Positions 8,503 through 17,555 of a stretch of DNA of 64,000 nucleotides are shown here, in pieces (the stretch's first letter is position 1; each line of letters starts with the position of its first letter). The notes beneath the pieces are model-generated. The model saw only the letters and a list, made by a program, of their open reading frames with translations, did not search any database and had not been told where the DNA came from. Position numbers and translations under genes: made by a program. Origin of the DNA: a virus; IMG/VR virus record IMGVR_UViG_3300045988_173425, positions 32,001 to 96,000 of that record; one strand, 5' to 3'.

Positions 8503-8864
8503 GCGAATTCTTCCACGTTGGCCCCACGTCGGGCCGTGACGCCGAACGTACTCGCACCGAGCAGTTAGAGCGCCAAAAGCAAGAGCAGCGTTATCTTGGA
8601 TCAGCCATTCGGCTACCGGGTATGCGGTTATACGAGTTCAACTATAAGACCGGAGAATGTCGCGAGATTGGTACTGAGATCACGTTGGAATTAGACGTCA
8701 CCACCGGCACTCCACGTCAGCGTCGGGCAGTGAAGGTCCAGTACAACCCCGATTGCGTTTATTTACAAGCCTTGAATCACCGTAACGCTATACGCAAACT
8801 GACCAAGGCTGGGTACATCAAAATGGTGAAACACGATGGTAAAGGTCCACACGTCAAAGATTGA
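8499..8864 (+). CDS. hypothetical protein
   Basis: ATG overlapping the upstream stop. No motif recognised. Confidence 0.55.
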   Translation: MSEFFHVGPTSGRDAERTRTEQLERQKQEQRYLGSAIRLPGMRLYEFNYKTGECREIGTEITLELDVTTGTPRQRRAVKVQYNPDCVYLQALNHRNAIRKLTKAGYIKMVKHDGKGPHVKD

Positions 8865-9315
8865 CGAACAACAGCAGCCTTCCAAGGCTCATAAGATACC
8901 CCGCGGTGCCAACGGTCTGCCGCTGTTTGGCGATAAATCAGCCGCTGAAAAATCCCGCCCCTACGACGCCCAGCGTAACGCCGACGATGGCGTTGACTAC
9001 GATCTGTCGTTGAGCGATTTTCTGGATCAGGCTGAATCCTTGACCCAGAAAAAGCGCTTGAACGGCATTTTTATCGAGTTAGGCGACGCAGTGGTCCCGT
9101 GGTACGCCGTGCGTTCGTTAGAGCGTGCAGAGCGCTATAATGCCTCGTCAATGCAGTACGAGTTCGGTATCGTTATCAACCGCGATACGATGGCCTCTGA
9201 AGGCGACAACATCAGCGAGTGGTGGGTAAACGCCACAGCGCGTGACGACGCGTGGTACTTATTACGCCAACAACTCGTAGAACTGGGCATCACTATCGTT
9301 TCAGCAAAGGTCTAA
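8836..9315 (+). CDS. hypothetical protein
   Basis: ATG start with a 29-nt overlap to the upstream gene. No motif recognised. Confidence 0.5.
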   Translation: MVKVHTSKIDEQQQPSKAHKIPRGANGLPLFGDKSAAEKSRPYDAQRNADDGVDYDLSLSDFLDQAESLTQKKRLNGIFIELGDAVVPWYAVRSLERAERYNASSMQYEFGIVINRDTMASEGDNISEWWVNATARDDAWYLLRQQLVELGITIVSAKV

Positions 9316-9354
9316 ACAACCCTCATAATCATCAACAATCAAAATTATCGTAAA

Positions 9355-9651
9355 ATGAAAACGCAAGAATTTTACAACGTGCTGGCCACCAAAGCCGGCA
9401 CCACCAAGGCTCAGGCCATCGCACTGGTCCGCGCCTTCGAAGCGGTTCTCGCCGAGGAGGTCCGCGACAAGGGTGAATCCATCACGCTCAACGGCGTGGG
9501 CAAGTTCGCTCTGAAGGACGTTCAGGCTCGTATGAGACGCAACCCCATCACCGGACAGAACGCCGAGGCCCAGCCGTATCGCACGGTTCAGTTCCGCGCG
9601 GCTCACGCCTTCAGGGTGTACGGCGAAACTGCCAAAAAGGGTAAGAAATAA
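9355..9651 (+). CDS. HU/IHF-family (type II) DNA-binding protein
   Basis: 98 aa, colinear with bacterial HU. N-terminal helices (ATKAGTTKAQAIALVRAFEAVLAEE) and a beta-arm with GKFALKDVQARMRRNPITGQ (R-N-P motif). Confidence 0.85.
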   Translation: MKTQEFYNVLATKAGTTKAQAIALVRAFEAVLAEEVRDKGESITLNGVGKFALKDVQARMRRNPITGQNAEAQPYRTVQFRAAHAFRVYGETAKKGKK

Positions 9652-9679
9652 CCCAAACTAACAACGTTTGCTTTCGCAG

Positions 9680-9716
9680 TCCGTCAGGGAGGTGGTTTGC
9701 CCTGACGGATTTTTCG
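9680..9716 (+). terminator. rho-independent terminator
   Basis: 10-bp stem TCCGTCAGGG (9680-9689) with CCCTGACGGA (9700-9709), followed by TTTTT. Confidence 0.75.
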
Positions 9717-9969
9717 TTACTTACACGCCAACGTTATACTACCTGAAACGAGCGATACGCCGACTTACGCCAAGTGACGAAATGAGGTTTAGCAGTTAGT
9801 GTAGTTCTTTTCCAGTTGGCGTTCTGTAGTTTCTAACGGGCCGAAAGGTCAACCAAATTGTCTCCAAGGCAGCAACGCAGACTTCCTCCATAGCGAGCGC
9901 CGGAGCGGAGGAGACAGACTCGAACCGAGGGATAGAGTATAACGGACGCCGCAGTCCGATCCCTCACTT

Positions 9970-10043
9970 TGAGGTGTGGTGTAATGGTAACACACGAGAT
10001 TTTGGTTCTCGCGTTGGAGGTTCGAATCCTTCCATCTCAACCA
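9970..10043 (+). tRNA. tRNA-Gln (anticodon UUG), CCA encoded
   Basis: Hand-folded cloverleaf. Acceptor TGAGGTG/CATCTCA, D-stem GTGT/ACAC, anticodon stem CGAGA/TCTCG with loop TTTTGGT (anticodon TTG), T-stem GGAGG/CCTTC with loop TTCGAAT, discriminator A plus CCA. Confidence 0.85.
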
Positions 10044-10395
10044 GCGCCGACGAGTGCGGCACGGCAAAATGAACACTCGCTGGATCGTCGTCCAGAAAGA
10101 GGAGTGATACAGGGTGATGAACCTGAAGCCACTCCGAGGATCGTACCGAAGACCGTGTGAGAATCAGGGACACGTTAACTCCCTGACGGAATTAACACCC
10201 AAGGTTAACTACCAGTGGACGCCCGGCCGGCAAAGGGAACCGCAATAGGTCGCTGCTCTTGTTAACTTGGGTGTTTCTTTTAGAAGAGAGAAACGCGGAT
10301 AACCGCCGCGGGAGATCAAAGATGTCCGCCGCCACGTCGGAGAAGGCATTAAACCGATTGCGTAAGCGCTCCCGCGGCGGTCTCTTCTTTGTAAA
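10044..10395 (+). ncRNA. candidate structured non-coding RNA downstream of the tRNA
   Basis: No credible ORF. Helices seen: 10074-10084 with 10091-10106; 10164-10170 with 10180-10186; 10195-10209 with 10261-10274 (14 bp, one bulge); 10302-10314 with 10369-10381 (13 bp perfect), followed by a U-rich tail. Confidence 0.3.
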
Positions 10396-10407
10396 GTAAA
10401 AACGAAG

Positions 10408-11076
10408 ATGAAGAAAAGTAACTATTTGGTGTTTGACTGCGAGACCGGAGGCCTTGACCCCTCAGAAAACCCCATAACGCAATTTGCAGCCGTTGTGTTA
10501 GACTTTAACACCCTGAAAGAGGTAGACCGCTGGGAGACCTACATAAAGCCGTACAACGGTCTCCAAATAACGAAGACAGCCATCGAGAAAACGATGGTGA
10601 ATATGGCTGAGGTGAATCGCGGTATGGAACTGAATGCGTTTATTGAGGCGTTTGGACGGTTTTGTACCCAGAACTTCGGTGACGTAAAGGGTAAGGACCA
10701 GCGGCGTCTGATTGGTGTTGGCCACAACGTGCTGTTCGACGTCGGGATGTTGGAAGCGGCGTTCTATTACTCGTCGTACGCCAAAAAGCAAAGCCTGTTC
10801 ACCTACATCCAAGACCAGACGCTGGACACGATGTACCTCTCGAAAATGATGTACGGCTTGACGGGTGATGAAAAAATGACGTTGGGTGCCACGTGTGAAC
10901 GCGCAGGAATCGTTCTTACGGACGCTCACGGAGCGATGAACGACGTTGAAGCCACGGCTGGGTACTTCCGCTACTGCGTACAGCGTTTGAGGGCTGTAGG
11001 CGGCTCGTTACCCACAGCGGAGAAAAAGGCGCGCCGTCGTGGTAACGAGTTCTTCGAATTTAAGTGCGCCAAATAA
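10408..11076 (+). CDS. DEDDh 3'-5' exonuclease (DnaQ/epsilon-like)
   Basis: ExoI VFDCETGG, ExoII GHNVLFDVGML, ExoIII HGAMNDVEA. Confidence 0.8.
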   Translation: MKKSNYLVFDCETGGLDPSENPITQFAAVVLDFNTLKEVDRWETYIKPYNGLQITKTAIEKTMVNMAEVNRGMELNAFIEAFGRFCTQNFGDVKGKDQRRLIGVGHNVLFDVGMLEAAFYYSSYAKKQSLFTYIQDQTLDTMYLSKMMYGLTGDEKMTLGATCERAGIVLTDAHGAMNDVEATAGYFRYCVQRLRAVGGSLPTAEKKARRRGNEFFEFKCAK

Positions 11077-11081
11077 CAATC

Positions 11082-11126
11082 GCCAACGTTATACAATACG
11101 TCAAACAACAAAACCGTATAACGAAA
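11082..11126 (+). promoter_or_regulatory. second shared upstream motif (copy b)
   Basis: GCCAACGTTATACAATACGTCAAACAACAAAAC precedes ATG 11127 and resembles 7918-7956. Confidence 0.25.
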
Positions 11127-11816
11127 ATGGACAAGCAACAATTCATTACAGGCATTAAGGCGTCAATCGCTGAAATCTTTGAGCGTTCCCGCGATAAGTG
11201 GGTAAGCGTGAGAGAACCCGGAGCGTCGTTCGGCGCTATATTAGCCGCCAACGGCGTCAACAAGAAATACACGCCGCCGCTTTTCGACGTGTTGACGAAA
11301 AACGGACTCATCGAGCGCGAAAGCGTTGGAACAGGGGTGCGTTACCGCTATCAGTCGCAGGCTTGTACAACTCCTGATCTTGATAAGTTGGCTGAAAAGG
11401 TGTATGAAGCCCTTTGCGCGTATCACGCCGCTCGCCGTACCGACGGTCGTCCTAAACGTGTAACCCCCCCGCGCGACGTCAGCCAGAACGGAAATGTCAA
11501 ACGTTTTGAGGGCAAACTGCTGCCTAATATTGGCGATTCGCGATATATACTTCACGTCGACTTCGGGCTGGCTCAGGTGGTGGAGGTTAAGATCATCGGC
11601 ATTATGCGTGATATTACCAACGGCCGCTATACGTTCAACTTGGCATATCGCCTGTCTGATGAAGACGACTTGGTGTACACTAACGACGTTCCGCTGCGTG
11701 ATTTATTCACCAAACCGGAAGACATATTCGCCCACCTCCAGCGGACGATGATTCGCTTTCACGGCGAGTTGTTTCCAACTATAAAACGAGAAACCGTAAA
11801 ACAAAATGGCAGATAA
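11127..11816 (+). CDS. hypothetical protein
   Basis: Track ORF starts on GTG at 11064, overlapping the upstream gene. The first in-frame ATG is 11127 (MDKQQF...). Confidence 0.55.
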   Translation: MDKQQFITGIKASIAEIFERSRDKWVSVREPGASFGAILAANGVNKKYTPPLFDVLTKNGLIERESVGTGVRYRYQSQACTTPDLDKLAEKVYEALCAYHAARRTDGRPKRVTPPRDVSQNGNVKRFEGKLLPNIGDSRYILHVDFGLAQVVEVKIIGIMRDITNGRYTFNLAYRLSDEDDLVYTNDVPLRDLFTKPEDIFAHLQRTMIRFHGELFPTIKRETVKQNGR

Positions 11817-12282
11817 GACACGTGTCGCTCAAACGCCCGAGGAGGTAGAAGCGGCAAAGAAGTTCACCGAACAAGACGAAAATCGCCGCTTGGCGTTTTC
11901 TAAAGCGTTGGAATTGCTCCGTATTTTGGGCCTCGATAACTTGGAGCGCGAGATGATAGCCCAGCGTCAGTTCACTCGTACAGGGGTTGTGAAAAAAACA
12001 ACGCTGTCGCACCGTAAGGCGCTGGACCTACTCGAAACGCTGGCGACGTTCGGTTACGTCGCGTTTCTCGATACCAACAAGACTAAATTCCGCTTCACCT
12101 TCAACGCCGATGACCGCGCAGCGGTCCACAAGGCCAAAATCATACAGCTGACCACCCTGCTGGGCAGTGCCATCGAAAGCTACAACGATCTGCTCCTGAA
12201 GGATTACCCCAAGGACGTATACGAGCGTGAGACGCTGGAAATGGAACGATATTTGAGTACGGCGCTGAAGTTGAAGAGATGA
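11806..12282 (+). CDS. hypothetical protein (small terminase possible from position only)
   Basis: 158-aa helical ORF immediately upstream of the large terminase. No motif recognised. Confidence 0.45.
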   Translation: MADKTRVAQTPEEVEAAKKFTEQDENRRLAFSKALELLRILGLDNLEREMIAQRQFTRTGVVKKTTLSHRKALDLLETLATFGYVAFLDTNKTKFRFTFNADDRAAVHKAKIIQLTTLLGSAIESYNDLLLKDYPKDVYERETLEMERYLSTALKLKR

Positions 12283-12358
12283 GTTTTGTTGTGCGACGCG
12301 GTAACACCCGGAGGGATTTTCAGTCCCTTTGGGTGTTGCTATTAAAATGCCTTGACGT

Positions 12359-15076
12359 ATGATGCCTGAAATTATAGCCCCTTCGGTGACACACCGCTTG
12401 GCTTGTTTGGACCTCGTTGATGAAATTATCGAGGGTATGGACGAGCGCGGCCTGAACGAAATGATGAGCGGCGATATACACGACGTTGATACGATATTCG
12501 ACGCCTTGATGGAAGACACGTACCGGATTATGTATACCGGCGACGTGTCGATCGATTTTAAGCCCCGCTATGAAGAGAACGTCGCTGCCGTGGTGGAAGA
12601 CACCTTGAGGTGCGCCAATTTGACGTATTTCATCACCTCTGTAATACCAGACTTCCAACTGTCGTGGCACCACTTGGAGTGGGGTGAGTTGGTACACCAG
12701 TACAAGAAACTGTGTATCAACGCTGCGCGTGACCACGGAAAATGCGAAGCCGTTGGCACTCCCGTAAGAATGTACGATGGAACTATCAAAAAGGTCGAAG
12801 ACGTTGTCGTTGGAGACCTGTTGATGGGTGTTGATTCTAAACCGCGCCGCGTGGTTGCCACACACCGCGGTCACGATTCGATCATGTACCGTATCGACCA
12901 GTCGCGCGGTGATAGCTACATCGTTAATTCGCGTCACATTTGTACGCTAATCGAAAAAGGACGCGACGGAAGCGTTGAGCGCTGCTGTAAACGAATCGTT
13001 GACGTTGATATACCAACGCTGTTGAGTAAAACCCCAAACTGGGTAAGAGAGCGCTATCGCGGCTTCAAGGTAGCGGTGAAATATCCAGCGCGACCTGTAG
13101 GGGTGGAACCGTATTTCTTGGGGTACTGGTTGGGTGACGGAAATTCTAACAACCAAAAGATCACCACTGCCGACCCCGAAGTTGCGGAGTATTTACGCGG
13201 TTATGCCGAGCGTTTAGGACTTCATTACGGTCAGCAGGGTATGACGGTGACGATTGGAATCGATACCCGTGGACGCGGTAAGCGTAACCCGCTGGAAAGG
13301 ATGCTAAAGGGTTACAACCTACTTTTCAACAAACACATTCCCGACCAATACCTCGTCAACAGCGAAGAAGTTCGTCTCCAGGTGTTGGCAGGGTTGATAG
13401 ACTCCGACGGTAACTATTGGCAGGGCGGCTATCATTTCAGCAACACGAACCACCAGTTGGCGTGTGATGTGAAGAATTTGGCTGATAGCCTCGGTTTTTG
13501 TACACGATTAGGTGGCGGAACGCGGTATTGTAAAGCGTTGGGTCGTGACTATGCGTCGTGGGTCGTGACTATTTCTGGCGAACTGGACCGTATTCCGGTA
13601 AAGATCGCTCGTAAGAAAGTCGTCACCGACTGGGTCTCAAAGACGTCACACAAAAACTGGGGCACGATCAACGGCATACACCCCAGCGTGGTATCGTCGT
13701 TGAAAATTACGCCCGTTGGCGAAGGTGAGTATGTGTCTATCACCACCGACGGCGACCACCGCTTCGTGTTGGGTGATGGTACGGTGACTCACAACTCGTT
13801 CTATTTCTCCAACGCCTACGCCGCGTGGCAGCTATACCGTTACAAACGTCCCTCAACAACTCGTTATTCAAAGCGTCCCACCGTGGCGTCGTCAAATCGC
13901 GGATTCTTATTTTCGTTCTCGCTACAGCAGAGCGTTGACCTTTTGGAGATTCTGAAAGGAACCATCGAAGAAAACGAGATTCTAAAAGAGCGGCTGTTCC
14001 CCCAGTCAACGGCCAACAACTGGTCAGCTACCAATATCGTGTGCCGCAACGGAGCGCGTTTGACGGGTAAGGGCTTTGGATCGTCGGTGCGCGGTGCTCA
14101 CCCGTACTGGATTATCGTTGACGACGGCCTGAAGGACAACGTCATCTACTCCAGTCTCCAACGAAATAAGTCCACCGACTATTTCCACTCGGTGATTATG
14201 AATATGCTCGTCCCCGGCGGCCAGATTATCGTTGTTGGTACGCCGTTCCACGCCGAAGACCTTTACGGCGACTTGAAGACGAAGAACGGCTGGTTTGTGA
14301 TTGAATACCCAGCTATCTTCCCTGACGGACGAATTCTTTGGCCTCAACGGTGGTCGTTTAAGGACCTGATGGACAAAAAGGAGACTCAAGGATCGATCAT
14401 CTTCTCACGCGAGAACCTTTGCCGCCCGATCACTAACGAGTCGTCTATATTCCCGATGGAAATTCTTACACGCGCGTTGCTACGAATGGAGAACTACACG
14501 TTGGTGGATTCACGTGAAGAATTCCCCGTTAAATTCTCCAAGGTGGTCGTTGGGTGCGACTTCGCCATTTCAGCCAACGTCGGTGCCGACTACGCCGTAT
14601 TCAGCGTGTGGGGAATTGACGAATTGACTGACGAGCGTTGGCTGTTACACCTGTACCGTGAAAAGGGCGTGAAGTTCTTCGAGCAAATGAACGTTCTGCG
14701 CCGTATCAACTCCCGTTTCCGTCCAGACCTGATCGTGATGGAGAATAACACCTTCCAACAGATATTCGTTGAAGCCGCCGACACTGAAGGTATGCCTGTT
14801 ATCGGCCACACTACGGGTATTGATAAATACGACCTGAAAACTGGTTGGCCGCACCTTTCGACGCTCTTTGAACGCGGTAAGATACACATTCCTGTGGGTA
14901 ACGTATACTCACAACAGGTCAAGGACCTCATTTTCCAAGACCTCGGTTCAGTGGCTTTCACCGAAAAAGGATTGGAGAGCGTGGGCAGTCACGACGATAT
15001 TTCGTCGTCGTTCTGGTTGGCCGACTTGGCTGCTTCGCGTATGACTACGGGCTTTAAGTTTGATATGTTAGGTTAG
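12359..15076 (+). CDS. terL: terminase large subunit, interrupted by an intein
   Basis: Walker A AARDHGK|S is split by the insert. Walker B is YWIIVDD. C-terminal RNase H-like nuclease motifs VVGCDFA and HDDISSS. The extein is 554 aa after removing 351 aa. Confidence 0.9.
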   Translation: MMPEIIAPSVTHRLACLDLVDEIIEGMDERGLNEMMSGDIHDVDTIFDALMEDTYRIMYTGDVSIDFKPRYEENVAAVVEDTLRCANLTYFITSVIPDFQLSWHHLEWGELVHQYKKLCINAARDHGKCEAVGTPVRMYDGTIKKVEDVVVGDLLMGVDSKPRRVVATHRGHDSIMYRIDQSRGDSYIVNSRHICTLIEKGRDGSVERCCKRIVDVDIPTLLSKTPNWVRERYRGFKVAVKYPARPVGVEPYFLGYWLGDGNSNNQKITTADPEVAEYLRGYAERLGLHYGQQGMTVTIGIDTRGRGKRNPLERMLKGYNLLFNKHIPDQYLVNSEEVRLQVLAGLIDSDGNYWQGGYHFSNTNHQLACDVKNLADSLGFCTRLGGGTRYCKALGRDYASWVVTISGELDRIPVKIARKKVVTDWVSKTSHKNWGTINGIHPSVVSSLKITPVGEGEYVSITTDGDHRFVLGDGTVTHNSFYFSNAYAAWQLYRYKRPSTTRYSKRPTVASSNRGFLFSFSLQQSVDLLEILKGTIEENEILKERLFPQSTANNWSATNIVCRNGARLTGKGFGSSVRGAHPYWIIVDDGLKDNVIYSSLQRNKSTDYFHSVIMNMLVPGGQIIVVGTPFHAEDLYGDLKTKNGWFVIEYPAIFPDGRILWPQRWSFKDLMDKKETQGSIIFSRENLCRPITNESSIFPMEILTRALLRMENYTLVDSREEFPVKFSKVVVGCDFAISANVGADYAVFSVWGIDELTDERWLLHLYREKGVKFFEQMNVLRRINSRFRPDLIVMENNTFQQIFVEAADTEGMPVIGHTTGIDKYDLKTGWPHLSTLFERGKIHIPVGNVYSQQVKDLIFQDLGSVAFTEKGLESVGSHDDISSSFWLADLAASRMTTGFKFDMLG
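12743..13795 (+). mobile_element. intein with LAGLIDADG homing-endonuclease domain (351 aa)
   Basis: Begins with Cys129 right after GK and ends with THN (aa 477-479), followed by Ser. Two LAGLIDADG motifs: YFLGYWLGDGN and LAGLIDSDGN. Confidence 0.9.
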
Positions 15077-15095
15077 CGCCATCGTTTTAAGTGAT

Positions 15096-15911
15096 ATGAA
15101 AACTCTGATAGCACTATTCACTCGTGGTCGTGTTGACCGTCAGAAAACCCTTCAACGCCTCACTCCTGAAGCACGTCGGCGCGTGACCGTATTCTGCCAC
15201 CCCGGCGAATTGGCGGCTCATCGTCGTAACTGGGGCGGTAAGGTTGGCGGCATCGAGGAATACAGCACGGCGTGTCGCGGCGTGGGGGACATACGCGACT
15301 ACATTGTTGTAGAGGCCCAAAATCGGGGATTTGGCGGAGTCTTCTTTTTAGACGATAACGTGTCTTTCTCGCTACGTTTAGACGATGCCAAGACCCCTGT
15401 GGTCATAAACAACGACAATTTCACCGTCGAGGCTCAAGAATATATCTACGCGATGATGTTCGACTGGGTGGCTGAACAGCTGGACACCTATGCCGTGGCG
15501 GCGCTTTCGTACCGTCCTTTCAACCGCGATAAGGAACACGACGTACAGATCAACGGGCGGTTCTTCTCCATTTGGGGGCTGAACATCGAGCAGTACCTGA
15601 GCCAGCCCGTGAGATTCAGCGAGTGGCCCATCAAGGAAGATTTTGCGGTGGCGTGTGGCTTACGCCGTGCGGGATTGGATAACGTGGTGTCGTACCAGTA
15701 CTCGTTCGACAAAATGACCGGAGCCAACGCCGCTGGTGGTTGTAGCGTGTATCGAACCATCGAAAACTCCAACGCCGAATCACAACGTTTAAGAGAAGCG
15801 TTCCCCGAGTATATCACCCTTCGTACCAAGCGGTGCACCAACTGGGGTGGTGAAATGAAGGATCGCGAAATGATCGAAGTCAAAATACACTTAAAAGGAT
15901 ACAAGAAATGA
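15096..15911 (+). CDS. hypothetical protein, possible DxD (GT-A-like) nucleotide-sugar transferase; paralog of 32922..33725
   Basis: N-terminal beta-strand, a VFFLDDNVSF motif about 85 aa in, and ANAAGGCSVYR. These match VVVMDDDIANF and ATQGGGLQDVYK in the paralog. Confidence 0.35.
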   Translation: MKTLIALFTRGRVDRQKTLQRLTPEARRRVTVFCHPGELAAHRRNWGGKVGGIEEYSTACRGVGDIRDYIVVEAQNRGFGGVFFLDDNVSFSLRLDDAKTPVVINNDNFTVEAQEYIYAMMFDWVAEQLDTYAVAALSYRPFNRDKEHDVQINGRFFSIWGLNIEQYLSQPVRFSEWPIKEDFAVACGLRRAGLDNVVSYQYSFDKMTGANAAGGCSVYRTIENSNAESQRLREAFPEYITLRTKRCTNWGGEMKDREMIEVKIHLKGYKK

Positions 15912-16588
15912 ACGTAAAATTCAAGAAAGTACACCCCAGCGCTGTTCTCCCGACATACGCTCACCCCGACGGCGAAGACAACGGACTGGACCTTGTGGCT
16001 GTGTCGATCGAGGAAACCGACGACTACATCGAATACGACACTGGCGTGGCCGTTGAAATCCCCAAGGGGTACTGCGGTTTTTTGGTCCCCAATTCACGCT
16101 GTTCGAAAAAGGACCTGGTGATGTGTAACGCGCCGGGGGTAATCGATCCGGGGTATCGCGGTACGATGCGCGCTCGCTACAAAAACGTCTTCCACGCACC
16201 GACGCTGTGGCAGAAGATTGCCGGTAAACTACAGACGTATAGCCACGGAGTCGGAAAACTCTGCGTCAATCCCGGCCCGACACATTCCAAGGCGTTCGCC
16301 GTCGGCGATGTCGTAGCCCAGCTGGTCATCGTACCTGCGCCTCAGATTGAGTCCGGTTGGGTTGAAGAACTCACTCCGTCGAAGCGCGACACGGGTGGTT
16401 TCGGGTCAACGGTCAAGAAGGAAACGCCGCGTGCCGTGTGGGACGAAGACGTGAAACCGTGCCCGCGGTGCGGATCACCGATGTCGGTATCGGAGGACTT
16501 AGACGATACGGTTCTCTTGCAGTGTGAGGACTGCGGCTACTGGAAACGTATCGATAACGACGGTCACACCGTCGACGGAGGATATTAA
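15908..16588 (+). CDS. dut: dUTPase (trimeric type) with internal insertion and C-terminal zinc ribbon
   Basis: Motifs NGLDL, PNSRCS, GVIDPGYRG, VVAQL and RDTGGFGST. About 25 extra residues lie between motifs 3 and 4. The C-terminal extension carries CPRCGSP...CEDCGY. Confidence 0.85.
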   Translation: MNVKFKKVHPSAVLPTYAHPDGEDNGLDLVAVSIEETDDYIEYDTGVAVEIPKGYCGFLVPNSRCSKKDLVMCNAPGVIDPGYRGTMRARYKNVFHAPTLWQKIAGKLQTYSHGVGKLCVNPGPTHSKAFAVGDVVAQLVIVPAPQIESGWVEELTPSKRDTGGFGSTVKKETPRAVWDEDVKPCPRCGSPMSVSEDLDDTVLLQCEDCGYWKRIDNDGHTVDGGY

Positions 16589-16600
16589 TACTCGTAACTC

Positions 16601-17188
16601 ATGAAAACGATACTCTTACACAATCCCGCCAAACAGGATAACGTCGAAGCGATGGCTGACGCCATGGTAGAGTCGATGCGCTTCGCCGACCATGTAGTCG
16701 ATTATCCGGATATTTCCAAGGCCAAGGCCGACGATGGCGTTCCAGCCGAGTGGTTCTACAAGGCATACGCCGGCATCAACGAGACGTCTGAACTCACGGC
16801 CATTCTCCAGTACACGCAGCAGCGGATGCTTTTTGACCAGATTGGCGAAACGTTCTTGGGGATCGCGCTGACCGAAATGAAGCATTACGATCGTTTAGGC
16901 GACTTCATCGCTCATCTGGGTCACGCTGTATCAAAACCCGTGTTTTCGGCAGCCAAAGTGAACATTACGACCGAAAGCCCCATCGAAGCGGTGATGATCA
17001 ACCTCCGCGCCGAGCAAGACACCATCACTTCGTACGAGAAACTCATTCAGCGCATTCAATCCAGCAACCCTACGCCAACCGTGACTTCTACGTTGGCTGT
17101 TCAGTTGATTAACAAGATTATCGCTGATGAGCGTGTACACGTGAAACTTTTGGCTGAACTGGCTCAAAACCTTGACGAAACGTTATGA
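16601..17188 (+). CDS. ferritin-like di-metal protein (Mn-catalase/rubrerythrin-like)
   Basis: SELTAILQYTQQ, LTEMKHYDRL (ExxH), AEQDTITSYEKL and ADERVHVKLL (ExxH). Confidence 0.5.
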   Translation: MKTILLHNPAKQDNVEAMADAMVESMRFADHVVDYPDISKAKADDGVPAEWFYKAYAGINETSELTAILQYTQQRMLFDQIGETFLGIALTEMKHYDRLGDFIAHLGHAVSKPVFSAAKVNITTESPIEAVMINLRAEQDTITSYEKLIQRIQSSNPTPTVTSTLAVQLINKIIADERVHVKLLAELAQNLDETL

Positions 17189-17472
17189 AACCAGATCGCC
17201 GACACGGTTCGTTGATGTTGGCCGCCGTAAAGCGAATTGAAGCCGAACGCCCGGGAGTAATTTCCTGGGCGTCGCGCCAAGAACGGTGGTGGGAGATATG
17301 CGTCAGCGACTACGACTTTTACAAGAGTGAGTCTTTCCAACGTATTAAGGCCGCATATCGTAAGGCATTACAAGCCGTTGGTGGCGGTAAATTGATATTC
17401 TGTTACGCCAAACCAGATGCTGAACGATTGTATGCCTTGGAGTGTGAAGGTAATTTGGTGATGGATTGTTGA
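17185..17472 (+). CDS. hypothetical protein
   Basis: ATG overlapping the upstream stop. No motif recognised. Confidence 0.55.
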   Translation: MKPDRRHGSLMLAAVKRIEAERPGVISWASRQERWWEICVSDYDFYKSESFQRIKAAYRKALQAVGGGKLIFCYAKPDAERLYALECEGNLVMDC

Positions 17473-17555
17473 AAAATTTTCGTAATTCTCTTGGAGAATT
17501 CGCATTTTCGCCGTACCTTCGCTCTTGGAAAAGAAATCGTAAAACAAAATTGGTT
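17471..17555 (+). promoter_or_regulatory. conserved promoter/leader element, copy 3 of 4
   Basis: TTCGTAATTCTCTTGG, 19-nt spacer, TACCTTCG (17514-17521), then a leader ending at ATG 17556. Confidence 0.6.

Noticed and set aside
9880-9969. Second tRNA on the minus strand, suggested by ACTCGAACC (reverse of a GGTTCGAGT T-loop)
   Set aside because: The flanking bases do not form a T-stem (CTCGG versus CTGTC), and no acceptor or anticodon arms could be built.
9970-10043. tRNA as a prophage attachment site or host boundary
   Set aside because: Phage-type genes in the same orientation continue on both sides. There is no integrase and no direct repeat of the tRNA 3' end. It reads as a phage-encoded tRNA.
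10322-10399. 25-codon ORF (MSAATSEKALNRLRKRSRGGLFFVK) inside the structured region
   Set aside because: It lies within the two arms of the 13-bp GC helix and has no promoter or leader. An RNA-structure explanation seems more economical, but it remains untested.
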